Positions 1-7,488 of a stretch of 32,000 nt of DNA are shown here, in pieces. The stretch comes from Nitrosopumilus maritimus SCM1 (GTDB lineage: Archaea; Thermoproteota; Nitrososphaeria; Nitrososphaerales; Nitrosopumilaceae), in assembly GCF_000018465.1 (NCBI RefSeq), contig NC_010085.1:810001-842000 (forward strand), in the 5' to 3' direction. Under the pieces are notes generated by a model, which was not told the origin of the DNA, did no database searches, and was given only the letters and a program-made list of their open reading frames with translations. The translations under genes were made by a program, and so were the position numbers. Position 1 is the first letter of the stretch. Each line of letters begins with the position of its first letter.

Positions 1-44
1 TCAGAATCATCGTCTGAGGCAGTAATCATGGGATTTTTGTTCAT
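1..44 (-). CDS. 5' end of an unidentified CDS running off the left window edge (MNKNPMITASDDDS...)
   Basis: On the minus strand an ATG at 44 (second ATG at 29) opens a frame that stays open to position 1. It lies 24 nt downstream of the thrS stop. Only 14 codons are visible, so no product can be called. Confidence 0.3.
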   Translation of the reverse strand, partial: MNKNPMITASDDDS

Positions 45-68
45 GTATAAATCAAGAAAGCTCATAAT

Positions 69-1934
69 CTACACCATTAATTGAGGTCTCTTTGAGAGAT
101 GTTGTGATTGGTTTAGTCCAGTATATGGTTTACCTGAAGTTTGTTCATTAATTTCATTCATGAAATCATCAAATGAGACTTCTCGTACATTTCCAGTCTG
201 TCTGTCACGGATACTTAGATTCTCAGAACCTGCTTCTTTCTCACCTATTACCAAAATGTATTGAATCCATTCCTTTTCAGCTTCACGTATTCTTTTACCA
301 ATACTCTCATTTCTATCATCAACATCAACACGGACATTTTGTGCAGATATTTTATCACACAAATTATTACAAAAGTCATAAAACTCTTCTTTTAATGGAA
401 TGATTCTAACTTGTGTTGGTGCAAGCCACAATGGAAGTTGTGGTTTCTTTCCTTTCTTTGAATCATCTGCAGCTTTTTCTAATAATGCATAGATTATTCT
501 TTCAATTGCACCACTTGGGGAGTTGTGTAGAATAATTGGATGTTGTGCAGTGTTGTTTTCATCTACAAATTCAATTCCATATCGGTCTCCATTTTCAACA
601 TCTATTTGATCAGTTGACAAAGCAGATGCCTTTCCTAAATTATCAATAAAATTGAATTCCCATTTTAGAACAAAGTAAAAGAATTTCTCTTTCCACATCT
701 CAACTAATACAGGTCGACCATGTTTCTTGACTAATTCTTCAATCGCAGATTTGTTTTCATTGTAAAAATCCTCAGTAAATCTAATTGCCATGTCATAATC
801 AGATTCATCAATTCCCAACTCTTTGAGAACACTTTGAGACAAATCAAATCTGACCTTTATCTCATCTACTGCTTGCGGAATATCTTTGCAAAATGCATGA
901 CAATCAGGCATTGTAAATGCACGTAATCTTCTCAGACCGACTAATTCACCTGATTGTTCACGTCTAAAGCTATACCTAGTAAGCTCATAGAGTTTGTATG
1001 GTAAATTCTTGTAAGACATTTGGAATTGATTTGCCATAAGGAATTGTCCAAAACAGGCTGCAAATCTCAAAAAGAGTTTCTTTCCTTCTGAATCAATATT
1101 GTATTGTCTTGCAGGGAATCGATTAAAGTAACTAACCATACTTGGGTGTTCAGAGTCATACATGATTGGAGTTTCAACCTCATAACCACCATACTCCTTT
1201 ACTCTGTCAGTAACATATCTCTCAATAAGAGATTTCATCAAACGCCCATTTGGAAAGAATCTCATATTTCCAGAATCAGATGCAGGTTCGTAATCTGCAA
1301 TTGCAAGTTTTTTCATTAATGCAACATGTGGAGGGGGTTCATCAACTTGACGTTGTTTTGCAGATTCGTATTTGGCTAAAATCTCTAATTTTTTATGATT
1401 AGAAAAATCATAGTCTCCAATGTTAATCATTGTTCCATCAGGAGACATTATTTTCCAGTAAGAACGAATTGTAGATTCTCCTTTTAGTGCATCAGAAGTA
1501 TCTTCGTCATCATCTTTAGTAGTAGAGTCTTTAGTAACAACTTTGGAGCTTTCTGCTAATGGATGTCCTTTAACTTGAACTTTGTAAGATTTTGTCCAAC
1601 CAAAAGGAGAATGAGAAACTTCAAGATCTGATGCTTCAGATTCCATTTCTTGTAACAAAGACATAGCAGTGGAAGGTTTTGCAAGATTTGAGCTAAGATG
1701 TGCATAAGGATATAACAATAATTTTTTGCAACCAATTTTTTCCATAGAGTTTTTTATCTGAGATATTGCATTTTTTGCAACAGAAGAATCATCTCCATCT
1801 TCAATTGCGACAAAGGCCACTACAATCTCTTCTAGTCTCTGAGTTTGAGGATTTTCAATCTCTTCAGCTGATTTGATCTCTTTTTTTGTAGGAGTGTATT
1901 CTATGCTATCACAGTGTAGTTGCAGTATTCGCAT
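69..1934 (-). CDS. thrS: threonyl-tRNA synthetase, full length, with archaeal-type N-terminal editing domain
   Basis: 621 aa. The class II core contains YSFRREQSGELVGLRRLRAFTMPDCHAF. The N-terminus (MRILQLHCDSIEY...KKLLLYPYAHLSS) looks like the archaeal DTD-like editing domain. A C-terminal anticodon-binding region is present. Confidence 0.95.
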   Translation of the reverse strand: MRILQLHCDSIEYTPTKKEIKSAEEIENPQTQRLEEIVVAFVAIEDGDDSSVAKNAISQIKNSMEKIGCKKLLLYPYAHLSSNLAKPSTAMSLLQEMESEASDLEVSHSPFGWTKSYKVQVKGHPLAESSKVVTKDSTTKDDDEDTSDALKGESTIRSYWKIMSPDGTMINIGDYDFSNHKKLEILAKYESAKQRQVDEPPPHVALMKKLAIADYEPASDSGNMRFFPNGRLMKSLIERYVTDRVKEYGGYEVETPIMYDSEHPSMVSYFNRFPARQYNIDSEGKKLFLRFAACFGQFLMANQFQMSYKNLPYKLYELTRYSFRREQSGELVGLRRLRAFTMPDCHAFCKDIPQAVDEIKVRFDLSQSVLKELGIDESDYDMAIRFTEDFYNENKSAIEELVKKHGRPVLVEMWKEKFFYFVLKWEFNFIDNLGKASALSTDQIDVENGDRYGIEFVDENNTAQHPIILHNSPSGAIERIIYALLEKAADDSKKGKKPQLPLWLAPTQVRIIPLKEEFYDFCNNLCDKISAQNVRVDVDDRNESIGKRIREAEKEWIQYILVIGEKEAGSENLSIRDRQTGNVREVSFDDFMNEINEQTSGKPYTGLNQSQHLSKRPQLMV

Positions 1935-1991
1935 AATTTCAAACAGAAATTATAATTGAAATAAGTGTTTGCTGAAATGCTGGGGTTTCTT

Positions 1992-2327
1992 TTAGGATGT
2001 TTTACCACGTAATGAAATTACTGAGCGTAAAATCAAGCCAGACATACCCAAATTAGATGTGAGAAATGCCGATGCCCTCTTCAAAGAGTCTTGACCACGA
2101 AATCCCTCATCATAAACCATCTCAACAGTGCCCTTGTCAGTTTCAACAAAGGAAGTAATCAAAGAGTAATCACCAAGTTTTTCATCATTTTTTTCCAAGT
2201 AAAGACGCAATTCAACTTTGTAAATTTTAAATTCGTCTTGAATGAAATTTCCTGAAGAAAGTAAAACCTCAACTTCATCAGGAGTTCTATTAACTCTCTC
2301 TGGATCGTGTAAATCTATAATATTCAA
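1992..2327 (-). CDS. hypothetical protein (111 aa)
   Basis: Clean ORF with a TTG start. TTTAAA at 2353-2358 is centred about 28 nt upstream of the start. No recognisable motif. Confidence 0.5.
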   Translation of the reverse strand: MNIIDLHDPERVNRTPDEVEVLLSSGNFIQDEFKIYKVELRLYLEKNDEKLGDYSLITSFVETDKGTVEMVYDEGFRGQDSLKRASAFLTSNLGMSGLILRSVISLRGKTS

Positions 2328-2403
2328 GATATTTTCAATATGTAAATCACAGTTTAAAGTTTAGTCGGAAGTGTTATTTACTCTGAAAGTCTTTCAGAAA
2401 AAA

Positions 2404-3468
2404 ATGGATCATCATAATTTTCATGGAAAAAACATTCCACATATTGAATTAAAACCAAATATGAAAATTGAAGATGTAGTAGAAGTATTTGCACAATCAG
2501 GATACAATGGACGACAGTTAGGTGAAGCAGCAAAACTTTATGCAAAAATGATTGATGATGGTGCTACCATTTGTTTAACCATTGCAGGTGCAATGACACC
2601 AGTAGGGTTTGGAGGAATTTTCAAAACATTAATTGAAAGAGGTTTTGTTGATTGGATTATCACGACAGGTGCAAATGTGTATCATGAAGATCATTTTGCA
2701 CACAAATTACCTGTTAAACAAGGACATTTCGATGTAGATGACATGGTTCTCTATGAAAAAGGAATTGTAAGAATTCGTGATGTCTATATTGATTTTGAAA
2801 AAACGATGAAAGCAGAAGATAAGATTATGCAAAATATGTTTAAAGAGAAATTTATCGATAAATCATTTACAAGTGCCGAGTTGTGTAATTTTATCGGCAA
2901 AATAACTAAAGAAAAAGCAAAAAATCCAGAAAAAAGTTTCCTAGCATCAGCATACAAATACGATGTTCCAGTATACATTTCAACAATCGGGGATTCATCA
3001 ATTGCAATGAATTTAGCAGTACATAGACTGCGTGGAAAAGAATACAATTTTGATTTTGTCAAAGAGTTGTTAGAGCAAGCAGCAATTCTATACAACTCAA
3101 AAAAATCAGGGATTTTAGAATTAGGTGGAGGAGTTCCAAAGAACACAGCTCAGCAAACAGGGCCGACACTAGATCAAATTCTTGACAGAGAAGATGGGGG
3201 ACAAGATTACATCATACAAATAACTGATGCCAGACCAGACACAGGAGGACTTTCAGGAGCAACACTACAGGAAGGAAAGAGTTGGGGCAAAGTTCAAGAT
3301 GCTCATGAAGATGTTGTCACAGTTTATGCAGATGCAACAATTGCGTTTCCAATTTTAGCACTATATGCAATCAGCACACAAAAGAAAAGAAAACCAAAAA
3401 GAATTTTCAAAGATCTAGATAAATTCTATAAAAAACTACAGTCAGATTATTTGAATAACAAAAAGTAA
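2404..3468 (+). CDS. dys: deoxyhypusine synthase
   Basis: Motifs LTIAGAMTPVGFGG, ITTGANVYHEDHF and the lysine region EGKSWGKV. I prefer ATG 2404 over the ORF-track GTG 2371 because the TATA-like TTATTTA (2374-2380) is centred 27 nt upstream of 2404. Confidence 0.9.
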   Translation: MDHHNFHGKNIPHIELKPNMKIEDVVEVFAQSGYNGRQLGEAAKLYAKMIDDGATICLTIAGAMTPVGFGGIFKTLIERGFVDWIITTGANVYHEDHFAHKLPVKQGHFDVDDMVLYEKGIVRIRDVYIDFEKTMKAEDKIMQNMFKEKFIDKSFTSAELCNFIGKITKEKAKNPEKSFLASAYKYDVPVYISTIGDSSIAMNLAVHRLRGKEYNFDFVKELLEQAAILYNSKKSGILELGGGVPKNTAQQTGPTLDQILDREDGGQDYIIQITDARPDTGGLSGATLQEGKSWGKVQDAHEDVVTVYADATIAFPILALYAISTQKKRKPKRIFKDLDKFYKKLQSDYLNNKK

Positions 3469-3481
3469 ATTTTTAACTTAA

Positions 3482-3694
3482 TCAAAATCTGTCGAATCTT
3501 GCCCGCTCGAGTTCGCGGTCATCTTTAGATTCTTTTTTGTATTCTTTGTAATGTGTTTTACATAGTACTGTTTTTTTGCCTGAAGAGTTGACTCTTAAAC
3601 CAGCATTTTCGACTTTGGAAGTATTAAGTGAACGTGCACCATCATCGTCACATCCATCAACATTGCATTTTGCGCCTTTGGATACTACACCCAT
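3482..3694 (-). CDS. small Cys/His-rich (putative zinc-binding) protein, 70 aa
   Basis: C-x4-C ... C-x2-H pattern (KCNVDGC ... LCKTHY) with a charged C-terminal tail. A TATA-like element at 3718-3724 is centred 27 nt upstream. Confidence 0.6.
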   Translation of the reverse strand: MGVVSKGAKCNVDGCDDDGARSLNTSKVENAGLRVNSSGKKTVLCKTHYKEYKKESKDDRELERARFDRF

Positions 3695-3717
3695 ATCTTA
3701 TCTAATCCAAGATGTTA

Positions 3718-3724
3718 TTTATAT
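3718..3724 (-). promoter_or_regulatory. TATA-like element for the 3482-3694 gene
   Basis: The minus strand reads ATATAAA, centred 27 nt upstream of ATG 3694. Confidence 0.4.
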
Positions 3725-3762
3725 TTGAAAATTCTAAAGATAATCAAACTGTAGGTTCATCG

Positions 3763-3769
3763 TTTATAA
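3763..3769 (+). promoter_or_regulatory. TATA-like element for rps25e
   Basis: TTTATAA centred 27 nt upstream of ATG 3793. Confidence 0.45.
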
Positions 3770-3792
3770 GAGGAATATTTTTTTCTCAGTCC

Positions 3793-4104
3793 ATGGGTGG
3801 AGCAAAGAAACCAACTGCCGCAAAAAAAGATACATCATCTAGTCCAAAAGACTCTAAGAAAGGTAAGAAAGACAAAGGTGAAGGCGGTCCAAAGAAAGCA
3901 GAGATCACAGTAATGGTTAATGAACAACAAGCAATGAAGATCATCCAAAGTGCCAAAGTGATTACAGTTCAAGACATGGCAAGACAAACAGGAGTAAAAA
4001 TTTCTGCAGCAAACAAATTCCTTAAAGAATCAGCAGAAAAAGGAATTGTAAAAAGAGTTGGTGGTTATTCAGGACATCACTTGTATCAAGCAGTTTCTTC
4101 ATAG
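3793..4104 (+). CDS. rps25e: ribosomal protein S25e
   Basis: Lys-rich N-terminus followed by a winged-helix-like region (VITVQDMARQTGVKISAANKFLKESAEKGIVKRVGGYSGHHLY). I prefer ATG 3793 (MGGAKKP) because the ORF-track start 3712 sits inside the neighbour's TATA and TTTATAA at 3763-3769 is centred 27 nt upstream of 3793. Confidence 0.85.
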   Translation: MGGAKKPTAAKKDTSSSPKDSKKGKKDKGEGGPKKAEITVMVNEQQAMKIIQSAKVITVQDMARQTGVKISAANKFLKESAEKGIVKRVGGYSGHHLYQAVSS

Positions 4105-4472
4105 ATACATAACACGTCTCCAGATTTAACATCCTTTAACGCATCAATGTTATCAGATAATTTTCCTATAGGAGTCATTGTTTTTGCAGATGCAACATCA
4201 TTTGTAAAAAAACAAAAACTTCCAGACGAAGGCAAAAATGCCACATCACCTTTTTTGAATTCAGATCTTGCTCGTTCTATACCAGAATCAACAGACGTTT
4301 CAAAATATACAATACTTTTTCCTAAAAGATGTGCATGACCTTCCAATGGCAAGGATCTCATAATAGTTCCAACAGTCCTTGGAGATAGATGGCGTTTTAG
4401 ATCACATGAGATTTTTGCCTTACCCCTAATTTCTAAAATTAGTTGTTTTCTAGATACAGACGAGGTGCTCAA
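4086..4472 (-). CDS. cyclophilin-like superfamily protein (TM1367 / PF04126-like, from memory)
   Basis: The pattern LILEIRGKAKISCDL...GDVAFLPSSGSFCFF...PIGKL...VKSGDVLCI matches the TM1367 architecture. The start is uncertain: the ORF opens at TTG 4538, but I prefer TTG 4472 (128 aa) on promoter geometry. The 3' end overlaps rps25e by 19 nt (convergent). Confidence 0.65.
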   Translation of the reverse strand: MSTSSVSRKQLILEIRGKAKISCDLKRHLSPRTVGTIMRSLPLEGHAHLLGKSIVYFETSVDSGIERARSEFKKGDVAFLPSSGSFCFFTNDVASAKTMTPIGKLSDNIDALKDVKSGDVLCIYEETA

Positions 4473-4485
4473 TTCGTAGTTTAAA

Positions 4486-5034
4486 ATGATTAGATTATAT
4501 AACGTTTTAAGAAAAAATCGGTACTTGTCTGATGCCAATAATACTGAAGTCGTAGAAGTCGCCGAAGATGAAATTCAATCAACTGAAGAGATTGCTGAAC
4601 CAGAAGTTGAGACTAACGCAGGATTAAACAAAGCACTTGATACTTATCGAAAATTAATTGAAAAGAAAGTTGATGCTGAACCATTAACTGAAAAAGAACA
4701 AGATGATCTTGAAAAGAAGATCAAAGAGATTGAAAGTAGAGAAATTGTTGAAACAGTAGAAGAACATGACCCAGTAGAGATTCCTTGTGAAAAAAACAAG
4801 GTCACAATTGGCCCACCAACACTAACCAGATTTGAAAAGGCAAGAATCATGGGTGCAAGAGCATTGCAGTTGTCTCTAGGAGCACCACCATTTATCCCAA
4901 TCCCAAAGACTGCAAGAATTTCATTGGATATTTCAATGGAAGAATTAGAACAAAGAGTGATCCCAATCACAATTAGAAGAGTTCTTCCAAACGGAGATTA
5001 TCAGAATATCCCTATCGACTACTTTGAAAAATGA
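4486..5034 (+). CDS. rpoK: DNA-directed RNA polymerase subunit K (Rpb6 homologue) with a long acidic N-terminal extension
   Basis: The C-terminal core PTLTRFEKARIMGARALQLSLGAPPFIPIP is the Rpb6/RpoK signature. An alternative in-frame TTG start at 4525 is favoured by the TATA spacing. Confidence 0.85.
   Translation: MIRLYNVLRKNRYLSDANNTEVVEVAEDEIQSTEEIAEPEVETNAGLNKALDTYRKLIEKKVDAEPLTEKEQDDLEKKIKEIESREIVETVEEHDPVEIPCEKNKVTIGPPTLTRFEKARIMGARALQLSLGAPPFIPIPKTARISLDISMEELEQRVIPITIRRVLPNGDYQNIPIDYFEK
4495..4502. promoter_or_regulatory. palindromic TATA element shared by divergent rpoK and the cyclophilin-like gene
   Basis: TTATATAA is its own reverse complement. Its centre at 4498.5 is 26.5 nt from in-frame TTG 4525 (+) and 26.5 nt from in-frame TTG 4472 (-). 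Confidence 0.45.
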
Positions 5035-5085
5035 ATCATTGGTCGATAAAACTTAAAAGAAGATAAAATTGCTGATTGTTGAATA

Positions 5086-5400
5086 ATGCTCAATGACGAG
5101 ACATATGAACCGCAAGGTCACGAGCAGACCGAAAAGTCTGATGAATCCATAGTGTATATTGGAAATGATCCTGTAATGCAATCTGCATTAGAAGTATTAT
5201 CGATATTAGGAAATAAGAAAAAAATCACAATCAAATCAAAAGGGAATTCCATACCAAATGCAGTGGCAGTTGCAAATATCATTACAGAAAAGATGTTAAA
5301 CGGGAATTCCAAAGTAGAGAAAATTAATCTCGATACCGATGCAGCAGCAGGTATCGGAAGAATGACTTCAACTATAGAAATTATTTTACTTAAGATCTAG
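5086..5400 (+). CDS. albA: DNA/RNA-binding protein Alba
   Basis: 104 aa. IVYIGNDPVMQSALEVLSILG...IKSKGNSIPNAVAVANII...STIEIIL fits the Alba fold pattern. Confidence 0.9.
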   Translation: MLNDETYEPQGHEQTEKSDESIVYIGNDPVMQSALEVLSILGNKKKITIKSKGNSIPNAVAVANIITEKMLNGNSKVEKINLDTDAAAGIGRMTSTIEIILLKI

Positions 5401-5813
5401 TATACACTGCCTGGACCTTTAAGAAGCATATTTTCACATTCTTTGCAAACTTGCTCATCAATATCAGATTCCAAGTTATGATGTATCTCACAGATTAACA
5501 AACTTGATTTGATATAGTTGCACAATCCAATGAATTTAGACAAGCTAGATGGAGTGTATGCCATATCCGATGACAGATTATCACTTAGTTCATCAATCAT
5601 GTCTGCAACTTGTTTTTCTGCCAAGAGTTTTGCAATTAAAGAAGGGTCACCTCTAGTACCTCGAATGTAATTACTAACTGCAGCTTGTGTAACTCCAAGC
5701 ATTTTAGATATCTCATCTTCTCTAATGTTATGATCTTCAGCCAGTTTTTTTGCAAGAATTGCACGTAAGGCAGGAATTAGAGTTTTGGATTCAATCTCAG
5801 CAGGAAGTAGCAT
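5397..5813 (-). CDS. helix-turn-helix transcriptional regulator with Cys-rich C-terminal region (COG2522-like, from memory)
   Basis: HTH segment ISKMLGVTQAAVSNYIRG. C-terminal C...CEIHH...CKEC. ATG at 5813. Confidence 0.75.
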   Translation of the reverse strand: MLLPAEIESKTLIPALRAILAKKLAEDHNIREDEISKMLGVTQAAVSNYIRGTRGDPSLIAKLLAEKQVADMIDELSDNLSSDMAYTPSSLSKFIGLCNYIKSSLLICEIHHNLESDIDEQVCKECENMLLKGPGSVY

Positions 5814-5838
5814 TTACTCAGAGGTATTTCATAATGAA

Positions 5839-5844
5839 TTTAAA
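5839..5844. promoter_or_regulatory. palindromic TATA-like element between the HTH regulator and the AsnB-like gene
   Basis: TTTAAA has its centre at 5841.5, which is 28.5 nt from ATG 5813 (-) and 27.5 nt from ATG 5869 (+). Confidence 0.4.
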
Positions 5845-5846
5845 GT

Positions 5847-6866
5847 TTGCAGAAATTAGTCTGGCCAAATGATATCAATGTCAGGCATATCTATTTTAAT
5901 TTCAAAAGATTCTATTTTGCATTGGATAACACCTCAAAGGATCTTTATGAGGCATTACAAGAATCATGTAATTCTTGCAAGTCAAATTTAATTTCTTTAT
6001 CAGGAGGGCTAGATAGTTCAATTATCGCATATTTTCTCAAAGAAAGAAAACCAAACACATTAGCAATAATTGCAGAAGATTTTGTTTCAACAGATCTAAC
6101 ATACTGCCAACTAGTTTCAAAAGAAATGGATTTACCATTAACAATTTTCAATGTAAAAACTGCAGAAATTCTTGAAGCAGTTGAACAAACAATAAAAATT
6201 CTAAAAAACTTTAACGATATTGAAATTAGAAATAATGTTGTCATGTATCTTGCCATAAAATGGGCAAAAGATAATGGAGAAAAATCGATCATTACAGGAG
6301 ATGGCGCAGATGAACTATTTGCAGGATATAATTTCCTAGTTCATAAATCAGAAGAAGAGTTAGAATCTGAGATCAATAGAGTCTGCTCAATTATGCATTT
6401 TCCAACACAAGGGATTGGCAAAGCATTAGGAATTAAGATAGAATCACCATTCTTGAGTGATAAAGTGATCAGTCTGGCAAAAAAAATACCTGCAAATTTG
6501 AAGGTAAAAGAAGAGAACAAGAAGAGACATGGAAAATGGATTTTACGTAAAACATTCGAGCCTTACATTCCAGAACAAATCACATGGAGGGAAAAATCAC
6601 CAATGCAAGAAGGTTCAGGAACATCAGGGTTGACAAACCTGTTTGAATCAATCATTGAAGAAGAAAAGTATGTTGAAAAGAAATTAACTGTTGAAAAAGA
6701 AGACAATGTAGTCATCAGAAGTAGAGAATCAATGCACTATTATGAGATTTTTAAGAAATTATACGGTTCTCCTGTAGACAAAGAAGCAAAATCTGTGTGT
6801 CCGTACTGCAAACATAAAGTTGAGAATTCAAAATTTTGCAGAATGTGCGGTGCTTTTCCTATTTGA
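5847..6866 (+). CDS. asparagine synthetase-like PP-loop ATP pyrophosphatase (synthetase domain only) with C-terminal zinc ribbon
   Basis: PP-loop SLSGGLDSS and the AsnB-type GDGADELFAGY motif. No N-terminal glutaminase domain. The C-terminus is CPYCKHKVENSKFCRMCG. There is no in-frame ATG before the PP-loop, so candidate starts are TTG 5847 or TTG 5922. Confidence 0.8.
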   Translation: MQKLVWPNDINVRHIYFNFKRFYFALDNTSKDLYEALQESCNSCKSNLISLSGGLDSSIIAYFLKERKPNTLAIIAEDFVSTDLTYCQLVSKEMDLPLTIFNVKTAEILEAVEQTIKILKNFNDIEIRNNVVMYLAIKWAKDNGEKSIITGDGADELFAGYNFLVHKSEEELESEINRVCSIMHFPTQGIGKALGIKIESPFLSDKVISLAKKIPANLKVKEENKKRHGKWILRKTFEPYIPEQITWREKSPMQEGSGTSGLTNLFESIIEEEKYVEKKLTVEKEDNVVIRSRESMHYYEIFKKLYGSPVDKEAKSVCPYCKHKVENSKFCRMCGAFPI

Positions 6867-6868
6867 TA

Positions 6869-7006
6869 TTATTTGTATTTACGAGGTTTTTTGATAAATA
6901 TTCTTCTACATCCATTACAACAAAAATAGAATTTCTTTCCATCATGTTCATGTAACAATGCTAGTTCTTCGTCAAGTTCAATTCCGCAAACAGGATCTAC
7001 TGGCAC
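6869..7006 (-). CDS. small YHS/TRASH-type metal-binding domain protein (45 aa), absent from the ORF track
   Basis: My translation is (M)PVDPVCGIELDEELALLHEHDGKKFYFCCNGCRRIFIKKPRKYK. It matches the YHS pattern DPVCG...G..YYFC...C...F. GTG start at 7006, with CTATAAA (7030-7036, minus) centred 27 nt upstream. The frame is open back to 7030 but offers only an ATA codon there. Confidence 0.6.
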   Translation of the reverse strand: MPVDPVCGIELDEELALLHEHDGKKFYFCCNGCRRIFIKKPRKYK

Positions 7007-7054
7007 AAGTTTTTCTTCTGTAAATTCTATTTATAGATTCACTAAAAGATCGTA

Positions 7055-7420
7055 CTAAGAGTTAACAATTTCAAGGATTTTTTTTGGCAGAGCGCCATAA
7101 TCAGAGTCAGGTTCTGCTGCAACATACAAAATATCTTCATTGATTGGAACGCTGATTGCTAAAGCACGTTCACGAGAAGCCAATGCAAAATTTACAGTTC
7201 CAAGTTGCTTATCAAACTCTCTTCTCATTTTTACACGTAAGGCAAGTTCCATGAAAATCATTTCGTCATCTTTTTCACTTTCCAATGGCTCAACATTTGG
7301 TTTCATCCCACCTGCAACCAATCGTCCTCGTTCATTAATTACACCAGCAAATCTGATTTTTGGGTCAGCGTCTTTGATGGTATCACAGATTTTTGAGTAA
7401 TCATATATCTTTCCAGACAT
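7055..7420 (-). CDS. conserved-looking hypothetical protein (121 aa), possibly Roadblock/LC7-like
   Basis: Clean ATG ORF. RFAGVINERGRLVAGG...ILYVAAEP loosely resembles small regulatory alpha/beta folds. No catalytic motif. Confidence 0.6.
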   Translation of the reverse strand: MSGKIYDYSKICDTIKDADPKIRFAGVINERGRLVAGGMKPNVEPLESEKDDEMIFMELALRVKMRREFDKQLGTVNFALASRERALAISVPINEDILYVAAEPDSDYGALPKKILEIVNS

Positions 7421-7488
7421 GCGTCTTGACTCAAAGATCCCCCACTTATTAGCTTTCTATAAAATTTTGAGGTTGAGATGATAAAATT

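Noticed and set aside
173-1319. Plus-strand ORFs 173-403 and 1104-1319 inside thrS
   Set aside because: They are antisense shadow ORFs within a confidently identified ThrRS gene, and their translations are His/Phe/Ser-rich junk.
2784-3146. 120-aa minus-strand ORF inside the deoxyhypusine synthase gene
   Set aside because: It is antisense to a strongly supported CDS with a low-complexity, hydrophobic translation. It is a typical shadow ORF of AT-rich coding DNA.
3712-3792. 27-codon N-terminal extension of rps25e (ORF-track start at ATG 3712)
   Set aside because: The extension (MLFIFENSKDNQ...) does not resemble S25e. ATG 3712 lies within the neighbour's TATA region, and a TTTATAA element sits 27 nt upstream of ATG 3793.
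4147-4970. ORFs 4147-4338 (+) and 4644-4970 (-), opposite the cyclophilin-like gene and rpoK
   Set aside because: They are shadow ORFs opposite supported genes with no motifs.
5397-5400. Palindromic CTAG shared as the stop codon by convergent albA and the HTH regulator
   Set aside because: It is a real 4-nt overlap, but it is a trivial consequence of two TAG stops on opposite strands with no evident function.
5869-5991. Programmed -1 ribosomal frameshift joining the ATG-5869 ORF to the AsnB-like frame
   Set aside because: I could not find an X XXY YYZ slippery heptamer in the 5869 phase or an obvious downstream stem-loop. It is kept only as one low-probability option in the finding.
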